A DNA stretch of 64,000 nucleotides from Bigelowiella natans CCMP2755 (GCA_000320545.1 ADNK01002596.1:1-64000); one strand, 5' to 3'; positions 26,480 to 40,156 are shown, numbered from the stretch's first letter. Numbers and translations are program-made. The notes: generated by a model from the letters alone, not told the origin.

Positions 26480-27190
26480 GTTAGGTCGTAACATGCATAT
26501 ATCATAAATGCAGCTATCATGATGGCTAAATGTAGCGCAACGTGCCATGAAAAGCGTGGTAGTTTATCTTTATTGCTTATGTGTCAGTGCATGCTACCGC
26601 ACGAATAATGAATCGAGCCGGCGGAAATACCTTTTTGTACTCTAAATGTAGCTATCTTGCCTTCGATCTGCGGTGGCACCTGCTAGCCTGGCGTGTATAC
26701 TTACATCGCATGTGCAGTATGAAGCAACGGAATACGTATGAGACGAACGTAAAGAATTGAATCTTTTCAATGGTCATGCTGATATGTAGCTATGTAATGA
26801 CAAATGCAGCGCGGTTAGAGCGCTTTATTTGTATGTTGTGTATGTTTGTTCCCATTGTCACGTGTTTATTTGATCATGCATGTGAAAGCACATTCTCGAT
26901 CTGTTATTGGGCGCATGTCGAGCAGCTCGCGCAGCCACGCGGTCTTCTCCGTGACAACATGAACTTGCGTTCTCACGTTCTCTTTGGGCCTTGCTAGCTT
27001 GGTTAAATGTTTGGTGTCGTATCGTATGTACATGCATGTGCGGCGCATTGTGCGCTACTCAGGTCCCGCTGCATCGCTACGTACTGTCATATCTTTACAT
27101 TATGTACGCCCCACATATTGTCTAGATTATTGTAGCGCGTCGCCTGGCAGACATGTATCGACTAGCAACCTTGCTCAGCAAAGCATGACA
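26480..27190. mobile_element. Degenerate repeat island with the shared core motif
   Basis: atgagacgaacgtaaagaattgaatcttttcaatggtcatgctgatatgtagctatg (~26738-26794), plus recurring aaatg(c/t)agcta-type motifs at ~26506, ~26528 and ~26644. Confidence 0.65.
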
Positions 27191-27777
27191 TAGCAGGTAA
27201 TTGTGCCTTTATTAATGGTCTGTAAAATACTAAGTAGTGCAGTGATTCCCGCACGAATAAAGCCCTCAAGTTTTACCTTCATAAAGATTTTTATATCTAG
27301 TTTTCTCCTTTTCTTCCGTTTGGAGCTAACACACACGCAAATACACACATACAGAGGGGGGGGTAAGAGAGAGAGAGAGAGGGAGGGAGGGAGAGAGAGA
27401 GAGAGAGAGGATGTGTACTTAGAAGATGAAGATTTTTGAATACAAGCTCTGAAAATCACTCCACAAACCATCTCATGCAGTTGTTGTTGTAGTACCTTTG
27501 CATTGAGCACCTTAATGCAACTAACGTACTTACCAAGCAACTGTTTCAATCTGATAATAGCACAAATAGCAGCTTTATGTTTGAACTTACAATAGGATAT
27601 CACCCACATCTCATCATGCACACGATTATTGACACTACGAGTATCAACTTATGGATAACCGCGTCAGATGAACATAATGCAGCTGTGCAAGCTGACATCT
27701 TTGATAATAATAATGATAATCGAAATACGTTTCATGTGAAGATAGTACGCGCTTGTGTTGATATTTGCGACTGCTCT

Positions 27778-27974
27778 TTACCTGTGTTTTTCCCTGGTTA
27801 ATTCTTCCACGCTTCTGGTATTCTCTTGTCCTTCTCCCCTTGGACTACTCACTGTGGAAGAAGGTGTCCCTAATGTCGCAGCAGCAGTACCACTCGTAGG
27901 ACTTCTTCCTCCTTCCGATCCAGGGCTCATAGGCGAGCGTAATGATGACTGAGAATATATCAATATAAATATAA

Positions 27975-28012
<38 letters not shown>

Positions 28013-29316
28013 CCCATCATCATCATCATCATCATCATCGAATACAATCGTTGCATGCTTGTGACGAAAATATATCTAGAAAGCTGCAATCGCATCAACA
28101 TCATCATGAGCAAGGCAGCGGCTTCTTCTTCATCATCATCATCTTCTTCTTCTTCTTCTTCTCATTACCGGTGTGACGGGGGGAGAAGAGATAGACAGGC
28201 GTCTTACAGTGATGTTTGCTCTTTTCAGCTCTCTCTGTAGCACTATCACGCGATTCTCCGCCTTTATCTTCTCCGTATTCAAGTGCCTACAAGAACAAGA
28301 TGATGAAGCAAGTTATTAGCTTTGACCACTCAATAGTTCTTTGAATATGATAGCGAATAGCGTAAGGCATGCCACAGACTATGTTACATCGTTTTTACGA
28401 ACAATAAAGCATTGAAGTATATAGTGACTTGTGTGTGTGTGTGAATTACGTGATGAAGATTTGCATATCGTTGACATCCTTATTGAGCTTCTCGTACTTT
28501 TCTTCTAACTCTCTGCAATTTGGTGAGCGAGGAGTAGGAGCAGTCAATATATATATTTCAGAATATTCTTATTGTAGGAACAAGGACTTAAGGAGGAAAT
28601 ATGAAGAGATGAAGATGAATCAACAAAGAATACAGTAGCAGGTGCCTTCTTATTTCGGATGTTTTTTCGGCAGTTATCTTCCTTCAACGTATCACATATA
28701 TAACGACATCATTTATCCATTTCCATCACCATTTTCACCAACATCATCATCATCATTATATTCTCTTCCGATCTGTTTTTGTTCAGCCTGTTGTTGGTTA
28801 TTGTTGTTGTTGTTGTTGCTCTCAATCAGTAACCAATTACTTTCTAGCTTTCCTTTCCTCATTTCTCTCCTCATAGGCGTGTTGGATAAGCATCTTAGTC
28901 GCATCATGATGAAGATGATTCTTATCATCATAATCATCACCATCTTTCTGCTTACTATTGTGCGAAGTTGAGTCTCCTTTCCCAGTAGAACTACTACTAC
29001 TACTACTGCTACTACTTCCACTATTACTCTGCAACCTTGAATTGCTGGTTCTGATAATACTACCTCTACTACTACTACTACTACTACTACTGCTATTATT
29101 ACTACTACTAGTACCATTTAAATTACTACTGCTAGGTACTACTGCTGCCGCCTGAGAAGAGCTATTCTTCTCTATGTAATCGGCAAACTTTTTTTCTAAG
29201 ATGGAGAGCTTTCTCTCAGCCTGAGGAGGAGGAGGAGGAGGAGGATAAGGATGATGGACACAACGATATGCTGCTGGAAATGACAACTCATCATCTGTTG
29301 AATTGCTTCTCCTAAT

Positions 29317-29351
<35 letters not shown>

Positions 29352-30965
29352 CCTCCTTACGTTTCTCGTTGACTATTTTGTTTTCTTTCTTTGCATCAGC
29401 AAGTTTTCCTGAAGCTTGTTTGAGTACTGTAACATACTTGTGCACCACACTCTTCTGGCTTGATATCTCCTTCTTAGCATTCATCAGCTCACTCTTGGCT
29501 TTTGCAAGTTGTCTTGAGAGAGGAGATTCACCACCGTTCTGTGCTTGACTCCCCTCATTCTTCTTCTGCAGCCTTTCCAAATCCTCAGTTAGGTTCGTCA
29601 ACTTGTTCTGACTATCCAGCAACTTGGCCTTCATTTCCACTAGCTGGGTCTCTAGGGAGGTGACGTTTGCAGTTGAAATCTTGAGATTACTCTTTAACTC
29701 TTCCGATGATGTTATATGTGCCGCGTTTGTCTGAAGATAATAACATATAATAATATAATAATGTAAAATAATGATAACAACAATAATAATAAATGGGTGC
29801 TGCAACGGTGACAACAAAAGTAGGTGAATGTAGACAAATATGGTGCTGATGATGATGATAATGACAAACCTGCTCGATTTTTTTCTCAAACTGCTCCTTC
29901 TGCCTTTGAATCTCCCCGGTGAGCTCATCTTTGAGCAGATCCCAAGCTCTCTGCTTCTCTCTTAACTTCTCCTGGATTATTTGCAGCTGAGGAAGAAGAG
30001 AAGGATATTGATAAAAAAATAAGCAGCGGCACCTTTCTCATTATTTTTTCAACTGCTGCTGTGTTTAATTCATTATCAGAAGATACATAGTAATAGCAGA
30101 AACAGTAGCAGCAGCAGCAGGGAGGGGGCGAGGGGGGGGAGCAGCAGGAAGCATCTGTTTTTCTTACCTCTTGTTGTTGTTGCTGCTGCTGTACCATCAT
30201 CGCCATCTTCTTTCCTTTAGTTGTCGCATCATCCTCCTCTTCTTCTTCTTCTTCTTCTTCTTCTTCTTGTTCCTTTTGCTCTTGTTCTTGTTGTTGTCCT
30301 GATTTTAGTTGCTCTTCTGCCTTAACCCTCTCCTCCTCCTCCTCCTCCTCCTCCTCCTCCTCCTCCTCCCCTCCTCCTCTTCACCTTTAGTTTTGGACTT
30401 TGCCTCACCGTGTGCGCAATGATCTGTTTCCTCTCCTCCTCCTCCTCTTCCTCCTCCTCCTTGTTCAGTGACGACGACAACACTCTTCCTTTCCTTGTGT
30501 AAAGCCTCTCGTAGACTTGCTATGATGTTGTCTTTCTGCTCCAAATCATGCAGCCTGAAGAATAATATCAATATAATAATAATTAGACGACGACAAATGC
30601 GAGAGAGACACACCAGCAGAAGTAACCAACAAGCTTTTACACACGTATTATACATGATTCAATAAAATCTTCAATAAGGACGAGCAAACTTACAGCTCAT
30701 CCTGCCGCTCCTCTGCTTTCTTAAGTACGGCCATCTTATTCTTGATCTCATTTTCTTGAATCAAGGTTGCTGCATTTTGCACCTTCTGAACATTACTCTT
30801 TAGATCTTTAATTGTCTGTCAACAAATAGAGAACGAGTAGTGAGTCAGTGAAGAACAGTTATAGAGGAGGAGGAGGAGAAGAAGAAAGGGGGGGAAGAGC
30901 AATTTAACAAACGGTGATCTCCTCGATGGTCACCATATCTATAATTGTACTACTACTAGAAGTTA

Positions 30966-31000
<35 letters not shown>

Positions 31001-34000
31001 CCTCCTCATACTCACGCTTTTCCCCTCGTCTCAACTCAATAACTTCACTATGTGTTTCCCTGAGTTGATCATGCTCCTCTGCAAGCTTTTTAATGGCGTT
31101 TTCCTTCGATTCTATGGACTTTTGCGCATACGTGAGCTTTTCATGCATAAATGAGGTCTTTTGTTGGAGATCTTCTATCTGCTGCTTATCTTTTCCAGCT
31201 TCAGAGTGGAGGTGCTCAATTGAGCGTTTCAGTTGTTCAATTATGTCTTCATTACAGTCTAATTCAGTGTTGAGCTTGTCAACGTCCTGTTTGCCCTCCA
31301 TTACAACGGTGTTTAGGCTGCTGATCTGTTGCATCAGTCGCTCTTTTTCTTCAGAAGACTAGCTGTATGTGATTGCGCATCACTAAGTTCCTTCACCAGA
31401 GACGTCTTCTCAGCTTCTATCTTGGCCTTTTCTTCTGCTATTTTCCCCTTTTCTTCCGTGACTTTTGCTAAAGCCTTCTGCTCTCCTGTCAACTTGTGTA
31501 TTGTTTTCTCAAGGTCCTTTAACAACTCGATAGCCTTCTGCTTTCCGTGCTTGTTGAGGGCCTCTAACTTGCGCAATTGTTCATCACGCTTCTTCCCTGC
31601 AATAACATCGTATCATCACTACCACTATGACACCCATTATTTATCCCCGACAGACAAATCATACATGTATCACTAGAAATGATAAATTACTACTACTACT
31701 ACTACTACTACTACCACTACTACTACCCTCTGCATTGTGCTTGTTTCTTAATGCCTCGAGCTCCTCTTTAAAAGCAAGATTAGCCTTGTTTCTTACTGCC
31801 TCGATTTCTTCTTTGAAAGCAAGATTAGCCTTGACTCGTTCACTCATGTGTGCAGTTTCGAGTTGTTTCTTTTGGCTCTCAAGCTCGGTCTCCAAAGAAC
31901 GAATTTGAGTTGATGCCGCAGCTTTTTCCTCCTTACTCTTATTCTTGAATGCGAGCATCTCCAGTTGTAGCTTCTCTAACTCCATTCTATACTTTGCTCG
32001 CTCTTCTTTCCATTTCGCCACCATCACATCATGCTCTTCCTTCCTCTCAGAAGTGGCCTTCTCAGCATCTACGCGGGCGTTCTTTTTGACCATATCGACT
32101 TTTTCACGATGTTCACTGGTTTGCTTTGAAATGAAATTCTGCATTTCCTGTAGCTTTTCTTCATACCTTGACATTCGATCCTTCGTATTGGCCAACTCAG
32201 TTGTAAGCTGCTGCTTCTGCTCCTTTGCCAGCCGTGAGATTCGTTCATTCTCACGCTTTAAACTTAGCGGATCATCATCACCATTTCGAGACGGCTGATG
32301 ATGATGATGATGATGTCAACACAGATATGTGATGTGTGAGTAAGATGATGATGCCGATATGCTACTACGTAGGCCATCATTTTTCTAGCTGTTGTTTTAA
32401 TACCATTTATTCAATGATGTCATTACTGTAATAATAACCCTAATAACAATACCTGATGTGATTCTTGCTTATACGCGATGAGTTTCTGTCGGAGTTGTGC
32501 ACCTTGCGCCTTAAGATCTTTCACATCATTTTCCAACTGCTCTACTTTGGCTGTGTGAAGACGTTCTTGCTTTGCCAGCTCCTTTTTGAATCCTTTCTCA
32601 GCTTCTTCCATCAATACTTCTATCTTCTTCTTCTCGATCTCTGCAGTCCGTATCTCCCTGTTTTTCTGCTTGTTTGAATTTTTTTGCACCAGTGTGAGGT
32701 GGTCTTGTGCACGACGCTTCTCGTCTTTGAGCTTGCTCACTTCTGACGTCAGGCGCATTACGAGCGTCTCCTTATCCATCATTCGTTTCATGAGCTCCTC
32801 CATCTCCTTTTCCTTCTTCTTCAATCGAGTGCTGATGTTGTCGTTGTTGTTGTTGTTGTTGTTGAGGAGGAGGAGGAGAAAGCAACCAAGCATACTGAGG
32901 ATGAGAGGACATACTACTTTCTACAAATCGTTAAAAGGAGCAGCAGTAGCAGTAGCAGCAGTAGCAGCGGCGGTGTATACCAACATCGGTACTTAGCATA
33001 TTTTTCTAACCACACGCAGTTAACTAGCTCATTATTATAGACGCTACTATTATTGCTGCTACTTCTACTGCTATTGAAGACCACCTTGTATCTTGTGCTT
33101 TTTTCAGAGCGATCTTTTGATTGCCTTGTGCTGAAGTGACTGAGGAGGACAGAGACTTGAACTTTAGCTTCCACTCGCTTTCTTGTCGCAGCAGCTTCTC
33201 CTCCAAGTTCGCTACCTGCTTCTGGTACGTTACCATCTTGTTCCGTGTACGAACCTATGATGATGGTGATGGAAGATGGAACAAGAACAAGACCTCTATT
33301 GCCAAACCTACATTTGCACGTACAATGTGCAATGTGCTGTGCTGTGCGTGTGTGTGTGTGTGTTACCAGCATGCTATGCGAGCTGTTGGAAGTGGCCGTC
33401 GTCTCCGTCGTAGAAAGTTGACCAATAGAGAGATTTGGAGAAGAACTGTTGTCTTTTCTAGAAGTTCTGCTGTACGCTTTCGTGGTAGTGGTAGTAGTAG
33501 GAGGAGGAGCGATTTGCGACGATCGTCGAGGTATTGAAGACTGAGACGAAGATGACGTCTTTGCCGTTGTAGCTGATGATGATACTGCTACAGTAGTAGT
33601 AGTAGAGAGTGCTTTAGATGTCTTTTCACCGCCATTATTACTATCATTATTATTATCATTATTATTATTATTATTATTTCTATATGAACTACCCGAGTGA
33701 TTAGAAGATGCCGAGGACGTCGACCTACGTACGAGGAAACAAGTTCTTCATGTATGTAGTAGTAGGAGTAGTAGTTGATGTGGTTATCATCATCATCATT
33801 ATCATACCCTTTGCGGTTGCGGGTGCTGCTCTGTAGGCTTAAGGTTCTAATCAAGCTTCCCCTTTGTGAAGCAGTGCTGCTAGTAGCCGTCTTTTTAGCC
33901 TTTGGCAGCCGCGACCCGGAAATGGTGTGTCTCCGTTGCAAAGAGGGGATCATGGACGATGAGCTCGTGCCCCTTCTAAGTAGACTTTGCTTGCGACTTC

Positions 34001-34135
34001 GTTTTGTGTTCTTCAAACGATCACCACCAAACGCCAACAAAGCAGAGGGCTGTTTGGTTGCAGCCTGTAGTAGTGATAGTTGGTAATAGAAAGTAAGGTT
34101 AGAGGCTGAATTGAAGTTATCATTATCTGCTACAT

Positions 34136-34171
<36 letters not shown>

Positions 34172-34989
34172 ATAGAAGAAGAAGAAGAAGAAGAAGAAGC
34201 TCAGTGCTTATAATGAGCATAGAAACTTACTTTCAATGACAAATCACCACCACCATCATCACCACCACATCATGAACGTAGCAGCAGTAGCAGCAGCAGT
34301 AGCAGCATGTGCATATGCAAACCAGCAGCAGGTCTTTTCACTACAACTATTACTACTGCTACTACCCATAATCGTTTGTGACATTGGACGATACCAACAA
34401 CTCTGCTGTTGGGCGTTTTTAGGCTAGAGATCGCCCCTGTTTTGCCTCTTCCTCCTCCTCCTCCTTCTTCTTCTTCGTTAAACATTTTGTTCAAATCAAC
34501 AGCCTTAATGCCCGCACTGGAGGCAGCCCAGACGATGTGTTCTTTCACCTCCACGAACGATACAGACCGACGAAATACAGAAATCTTCTCGACCCTGACG
34601 TCGGCCAACACAGTATTATACCGACAACACGCAAACAGCATCAGACACATAGAAACTCTACCAGAAGCTCGATGGCAAAAACAAAAGTAAATGCAGATAA
34701 CAATACTATTCGACATAATACTTGTTCCAATCATGGTATTCCTTGAATATGTACAAGGAGCCATCTCCTCCTCCGACAACAACGTGAGAACAACAAGATG
34801 ATGAAGAAGACGAAGGTACTATCGCTGATGGTAAGCCGCTCGATGAGCTCGAAGAGTCCTCTTTTGCTGTAGCTGCAATCGTGGAGGAGGTAGTGGGAAC
34901 GGCAAATTCTGCTCTAGCAATCGATAGTACCCCTCCGCAGGATTCAAGATGGCGCTCCATACACGAGAACTTTGCCAGCTATTAAGGAT

Positions 34990-35027
<38 letters not shown>

Positions 35028-35600
35028 TTCTACGAAACAGCATGGGAAAATGTTGTGTTTGTGTGTGTATTTATCGCCCCCACTCGTAGCATCACCCATC
35101 AGTCCTGATAGTGGCGGTGCTACCACTTCTGTGCTGATGACGACAAAACTCTCGAAAAGGACTTCTCCTAGCTCGCTGGCTCACTCACTCACTCACTGAC
35201 TCACTCACCTTTTTGCTCGATGCCCCTTCCTTCTCAGTCAGAGATCCAGATTTAGAAGTTGCATCTTCTCCTTCTTCTAACGACTTTCCAGCAGCAGCAA
35301 GGTGTTGTTTAATATCCCATATTCTGAGGCCATCCGCTGCACCAGACCATAAGTATTGTGGTTCGAATTCTTCTTGTGACACGCCTAAAAAGAGGATATA
35401 GGACAGAAAAACCACGTAATAATCAACACACATGTATGCATTACGAGAGAACAATAATGCGACGGAAAGATATGTAACAGAATTGGTTTTCATCTCTCTT
35501 GCTTTATTCTCTTCTTTTCTCTCCACCACTTCTATTACTTCTTGAGGGGGGTACTGGCGACACACACAAGCTTCCCACCTTTGTTAAAATAATCAGACAC

Positions 35601-35642
<42 letters not shown>

Positions 35643-36352
35643 GAAACAACAATATTATCGAATCATCATTCAAAATTAACCAGAACAGAAGTACCCAGGA
35701 AGTGTGCCCGTTGAGCGCTGCAATAGCGACTCCAGTCGTTGAGTTACGCACCATCACTCGGTTATCGTCACTTAGAAGAAAGGAGGGAGAAGAAGAAGAA
35801 GAAGAAGAAGAAGAAGAATGAAGAGTGAAATTTTGGCGTGTTTACCTTCGTTTGATTTTCTTGGAAAATATAACTTCGCAAATGATGATGATGATGATGA
35901 TGAATACAGTGGCATTACAGGGGAAACAACAAAGGCTCGTTGATGATGATGATCATCATCACTACCTATATAATTATAATACCTTGTTGTAAATAGATAT
36001 GGTCCATAGCTTCGTATGCACCTCACGGCTCCTGGTTTTGTTGATGATGATCATCATCATCATGATGGGAGAGGAAAGGATTCAAAAATCGCATATAATT
36101 TTCCTAAGAACAAAACTTCAGAATACCTTTTTGGTGATTTGTTATCATTCTCACGTTTGTGACTTTAGCAGCTCTGTAGTCGCCCTCAGCTTGCAACCCA
36201 AGCAGGATTCCGGTGCCCGTGGTACCAGCAGCCGCCATTCCTATCCACAACTGCATCTCTTTTGTCTCATGCATTGCACACCAGTACGGACGTCGAGGCA
36301 CACGCGAACCAAATCCAGCATTAAGCTGATCATAATCAACCGTCAAAACCAT
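27778..36352 (-). CDS. Large protein with N-terminal WD40-like repeats and a very long coiled coil; 3' exons may continue to ~27180
   Basis: MVLTVDYDQL...QLWIGMAAAG; VRCIRSYGPYLFTT; DDNRVMVRNSTTGVAIAALNGHTSWVL (WD40 GH motif); YLWSGAADGLRIWDI; VVVGGGDGSLYIF; IVWAASSAGIKAVDL. These are followed by many E/K/Q-rich heptad exons from ~33240 to ~28200. Confidence 0.78.
31744..31833 (-). repeat. 45-bp coding tandem duplication (KANLAFKEEIEAVRN / KANLAFKEELEALRN)
   Basis: Two adjacent near-identical 45-bp units, 31744-31788 and 31789-31833. Confidence 0.9.
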
Positions 36353-36586
36353 TTCTTATAATAAGGGAGATGCAGATGCCGCTAAATAAGGATTGGCAAG
36401 CTGGTGAATATACACGCATGCACGCTCGTATTGGACGAAAAGATTGATTCGAACATGTGCGTGCGTGTGCCATAAACCGTAGTACTCCTAGGATTACTAC
36501 TCGTACTACTCTGCTACCCCAACCGAGATTGCCGTTCCAAGTGCATGCTCAGCACCATAATCATCATAAGACAGCAGTAGGATATA

Positions 36587-36730
36587 ATGATCATACCGAG
36601 GAAGCGAACTCCTTCGCCTCATAAGCTATCAGTGGTACCCCATCCTAATGATCATGAAGCCAATAATATTCATGGGGAGGACCTTCACAATAGGGGAGCT
36701 AAAATTCGATTCATGAAGAAGCAAGCTCTT

Positions 36731-36768
<38 letters not shown>

Positions 36769-37555
36769 ACATACAATCTCCACCACCGCACCACACAACA
36801 CCAAAACGACCCTTACGTAAGCACAAGTAGCTCATCAAATTAACTGCCTAAATACCACATCACTGTAGAGCTTGACTCCACCATCTTGCATGGCAACCCA
36901 TACACCAAGTCTTCCGGTTGTACAACACCTTTGATTTGTATTTCATTATGATTATGCTGTGATGCCCATATATACAAACATTTGTTATAGGAACTAATGT
37001 ATATCTCAATACGTATTATTGTTGTCTTATTGATTTTAATTTCTCTTAACAACCTTATGACAGCATTGAGAGTAATCGATCCCGTCGGTTGAAGGAAATC
37101 GTCGCTGGAACTCGTGTCGTGCGAGCCCACGCTCTTGAAAAATACGTATGATTCATGTCACCCACCAAATCATCAGAATCTTGGACATTCATAGAATTAA
37201 TTTATACATCACATCATATGGTTCATCACTATAAATTTTTTTTCTTCGTATCGATTGAACGATAGGCCTTATTCTTTAGAATGTGATTGAAAGCAACCTT
37301 CGCGTCCATGGTGAGCCTCCTTATGATTAGATGGACAGCGAATTTGAACTTGGTGACTATTTCCTTAATGATAATATAATACAAAGGGAAACACATGGAA
37401 AATAATTGTGGGATGAGTCAATTTGAAGACGTAGCAATTTTGGACTGTGCATTTCATATTAGTCAGTTGGAGGTTACAAAGCATCAAATGCAGACAAAGT
37501 TCGTGTAATAAAACAACTCAAATACATGAACCACAAACTGGGGATAGATATCTGA
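36587..37555 (+). CDS. Hypothetical multi-exon protein
   Basis: Candidate GT-AG-bounded exons YHITVELDSTILHGNPY, IESNRSRRLKEIVAGTRVVRAHALEKY, NVIESNLR, MDSEFEL, VGGYKASNADKVRVIKQLKYMNHKLGIDI-stop. No family recognised; strand not certain. Confidence 0.3.
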
Positions 37556-38296
37556 AACTTCAAACCTATGTCCCTCCTTTCCTCTAACCTATTATTCTAT
37601 GTTTGGAACCTGTGACAGAGGGTTTGTTGCACGTTCCTTCAAACGTATGTGGCAAGGTTGCTGTCTTAAACCAAAAATAAACCACATTTAATCCCTACGA
37701 CATAATATTTTCCACATTGCAAGGCCATTTCTTGTCTGGTAAGTGGACTCAGAGGATGTTAAAGCAGCGACAATACCTAATTGCATAATATTGCCTCAAC
37801 AATCTACCGAATAAATATTTTTCATAATAAATCGCGAATCTCGGAGCTTGCGATCGGCGAATTATCCTGAGGCTTTGTTTTTAAGCATTTTGATTATTAA
37901 TGTTCAAAATATAGGATATTTTATTTAATAATTTTACCACTTGTTTGCCGTAATTTCAAAATGATGCTTTCTCTGAAGAATAATATATCGCAGTTTGAAG
38001 CTTTATACCTGAAAGGCATCTGGTAATGGCGGAGCTGCATTGAGGGGGTGTGAGGGAGGGCTTTGGCAGATGGTGCAGCTAAGTTGGAAAAGAGATGTTG
38101 TTGTGTTCGATATACGAATGCAAAAATTGCAACTCTATTGAGGATTTGGGACGAATATGGATTGAATGTAGTATTAGTAATCCTGGGAAGGATTGTGCGA
38201 GCGCCCAACAATGTCATGTTAAGGATTGTTATACCTGTCCTTCACACTTAAAATCACAGATAACTAATGAATCAATACCTCATTTAGGAAATAGAA

Positions 38297-38833
38297 ATGG
38301 TAAACTACAAATTTCTGACTCCGGGAAAGATTGTGATCCTCCTCCAGGGACGCTTCGCCGGAAAGAAGGCTATCATTGTCAGTACTTCTAATGGAAGTCG
38401 GGAAAGACCATTCGGACACGCTCTTGTTGCTGGAATCGAACGTACCCCACTTAAGGTCAATAAAATTTCAAGTTTCAGTCGAATATCAGAAAATGTAACA
38501 GTAAATGGTGTATCTAGACTGTTTTGTTTACTCTACGTCTTCCTATTGCAGGTTACGAAAGGCATGAGCGAAAAGAAAGTTTTGAAGCGCTCAAAGTGCA
38601 AACCATTTGTTAAATTCGTCAATCTTAGACACGTAATGCCTACGCGTTATCAAGTAGATATTGACGTGAAGTCGATTGTGAAAGCGGCAGATATGAAACC
38701 TGATCCTGATCTAGCATTCCCGGCAAGGAAGGCTATGAAGAAGGCTTTGAAGGAACTGTTCAACAAGCGATACCTCGCTAAGCCTGGAAGCAACGCTGGC
38801 ATCTCATTCTTTTACCAGAAGCTCCGCTTCTAA
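38297..38833 (+). CDS. RPL27: 60S ribosomal protein eL27 with one 96-nt intron (38456-38551)
   Basis: KFLTPGKIVILLQGRFAGKKAIIV...RPFGHALVAGIERTPLK|VTKGMSEKKVLKRSKCKPFVKFVNLRHVMPTRYQVDI...FFYQKLRF. Removing gtcaat...ttgcag restores the eL27 PxKVT motif. Confidence 0.97.
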   Translation: MVNYKFLTPGKIVILLQGRFAGKKAIIVSTSNGSRERPFGHALVAGIERTPLKVNKISSFSRISENVTVNGVSRLFCLLYVFLLQVTKGMSEKKVLKRSKCKPFVKFVNLRHVMPTRYQVDIDVKSIVKAADMKPDPDLAFPARKAMKKALKELFNKRYLAKPGSNAGISFFYQKLRF

Positions 38834-39184
38834 GTTGCGTTCCTTCTTGGTTAGAGATCTTACGTGCGAAGTAGCTTTGTGATTATGTGAGGACACGTTC
38901 GATTTAACATTGAAATTCACTGATCATTTGATAAATACCTGAGAACTATGTTTGGTTCTCATACTTTACTGAAGTGTGATTACGATACATGTATGTATAC
39001 ATCGTACAATCATTGATATGGGATTAACGACATTAATTATGGGGTATGGGTTAATTTTGTGAAATGTGCTGATACTGAGTGAGGGATATAGGATACAGGC
39101 ATAGACTCTCTCCCCCTGTCCCTGTCTCTCTCATATGATATGTGTGCTACTTGTGTGATGTACACACACACACACGCATGCATG

Positions 39185-40156
39185 CACATTGGGAACCACT
39201 CCATTCATTTATTTTTTGTTCACTCGAATTCACTTCGCTTCAATGTTCGCTTCAATGTTCGCTTCACTCTTCATTTGCGATTGGTGAGGAGGTCTAGAGG
39301 TGGCTCTAGGTGAGACTTGTCTGCATCTGCGAAAAGCACAGCGAACACGTCGCAATGTTACTTTTCATTGCATGACGCTGGCGCGCTTGGCGTCGATGCA
39401 TGGCATGGTCAACCAAAGCACAGCGCGTGCGTGCGCCGTCATGAGATCTAGCTAGCCAGAGATGATTGCCCGTGTCGACATGCCGCTGCGAATGGCTAGC
39501 GCGCGAAATTTTATAATTTCTCCGACCTGTCTAGCTGTGAGCGTGCAATGATCGACGAGCATGCTGGCACGTGCTAGCGTGCGTCGCATCGCTAGGTCGC
39601 ATCGACACTGTGCGCGTGCATGATGACGACACGGACGTGAATGATGTTGACGATCACTCTGCGTTGCCACCGTGACAATTCATGCTCTCACGGCCACACG
39701 CACTGACTGCGAGATCACTGGCTACGCTAGCTGGAGTGACCAGTGCTCTGGCTAGCTGGTGCTCCATTGCGTGGCACATGCACTGCTCTCGTTTGTCAAA
39801 ATCGACAGCTCACGTGCGATGCTCTCGCCAAAAACGAGCAATGAACAAAATGATGCCAAGATGCAATGCAAACCGAAAAGGTGAAATGAGGATCGTGCAC
39901 TTCAGAACAACATGAACGCACAACGCACGGGTTGGCAAGTGAAGCAGTGCATGAACAAGAGGAGCGATTCCAACGACGTGCTAGCACGGTGGCAGCTGAA
40001 AGCCAGGATGGCTAGAAACCTCAGAACCACCTCCTCACCAATGACAAATGATGAGCGAACAAGTGAAGTGTGACATTGAAGCGAAATGATTTCAAGCGAA
40101 TGATCGATCGAGTGAACGAAGAACGAATGAATCGAGTGAAGTGGTTCCCAAAGGTG
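39185..40156. mobile_element. Non-autonomous DNA transposon (MITE-like) with ~110-125 bp imperfect terminal inverted repeats
   Basis: Left arm cacattgggaaccactccattc...ttcactcga...(ttcgcttcaatg)n...attggtgaggaggt (39185-39293) pairs with right arm acctcctcaccaat...acattgaagcgaa...tcgagtgaac...gtggttcccaaaggtg (40029-40156). Interior is CATG/TGCA/CTAG-rich with no intact ORF. No clean TSD seen. Confidence 0.75.

Noticed and set aside
37055-37146. SRRLKEIVAGTRVVRAHALEKY resembling an ABC transporter TMD segment
   Set aside because: No TM helices, Walker motifs or room for an ABC gene nearby.
39185-39195. Assigning the TIR element to Transib (RSS-heptamer-like CACATTG)
   Set aside because: The right terminus differs (CACCTTTG) and no 5-bp TSD is evident; left unclassified.
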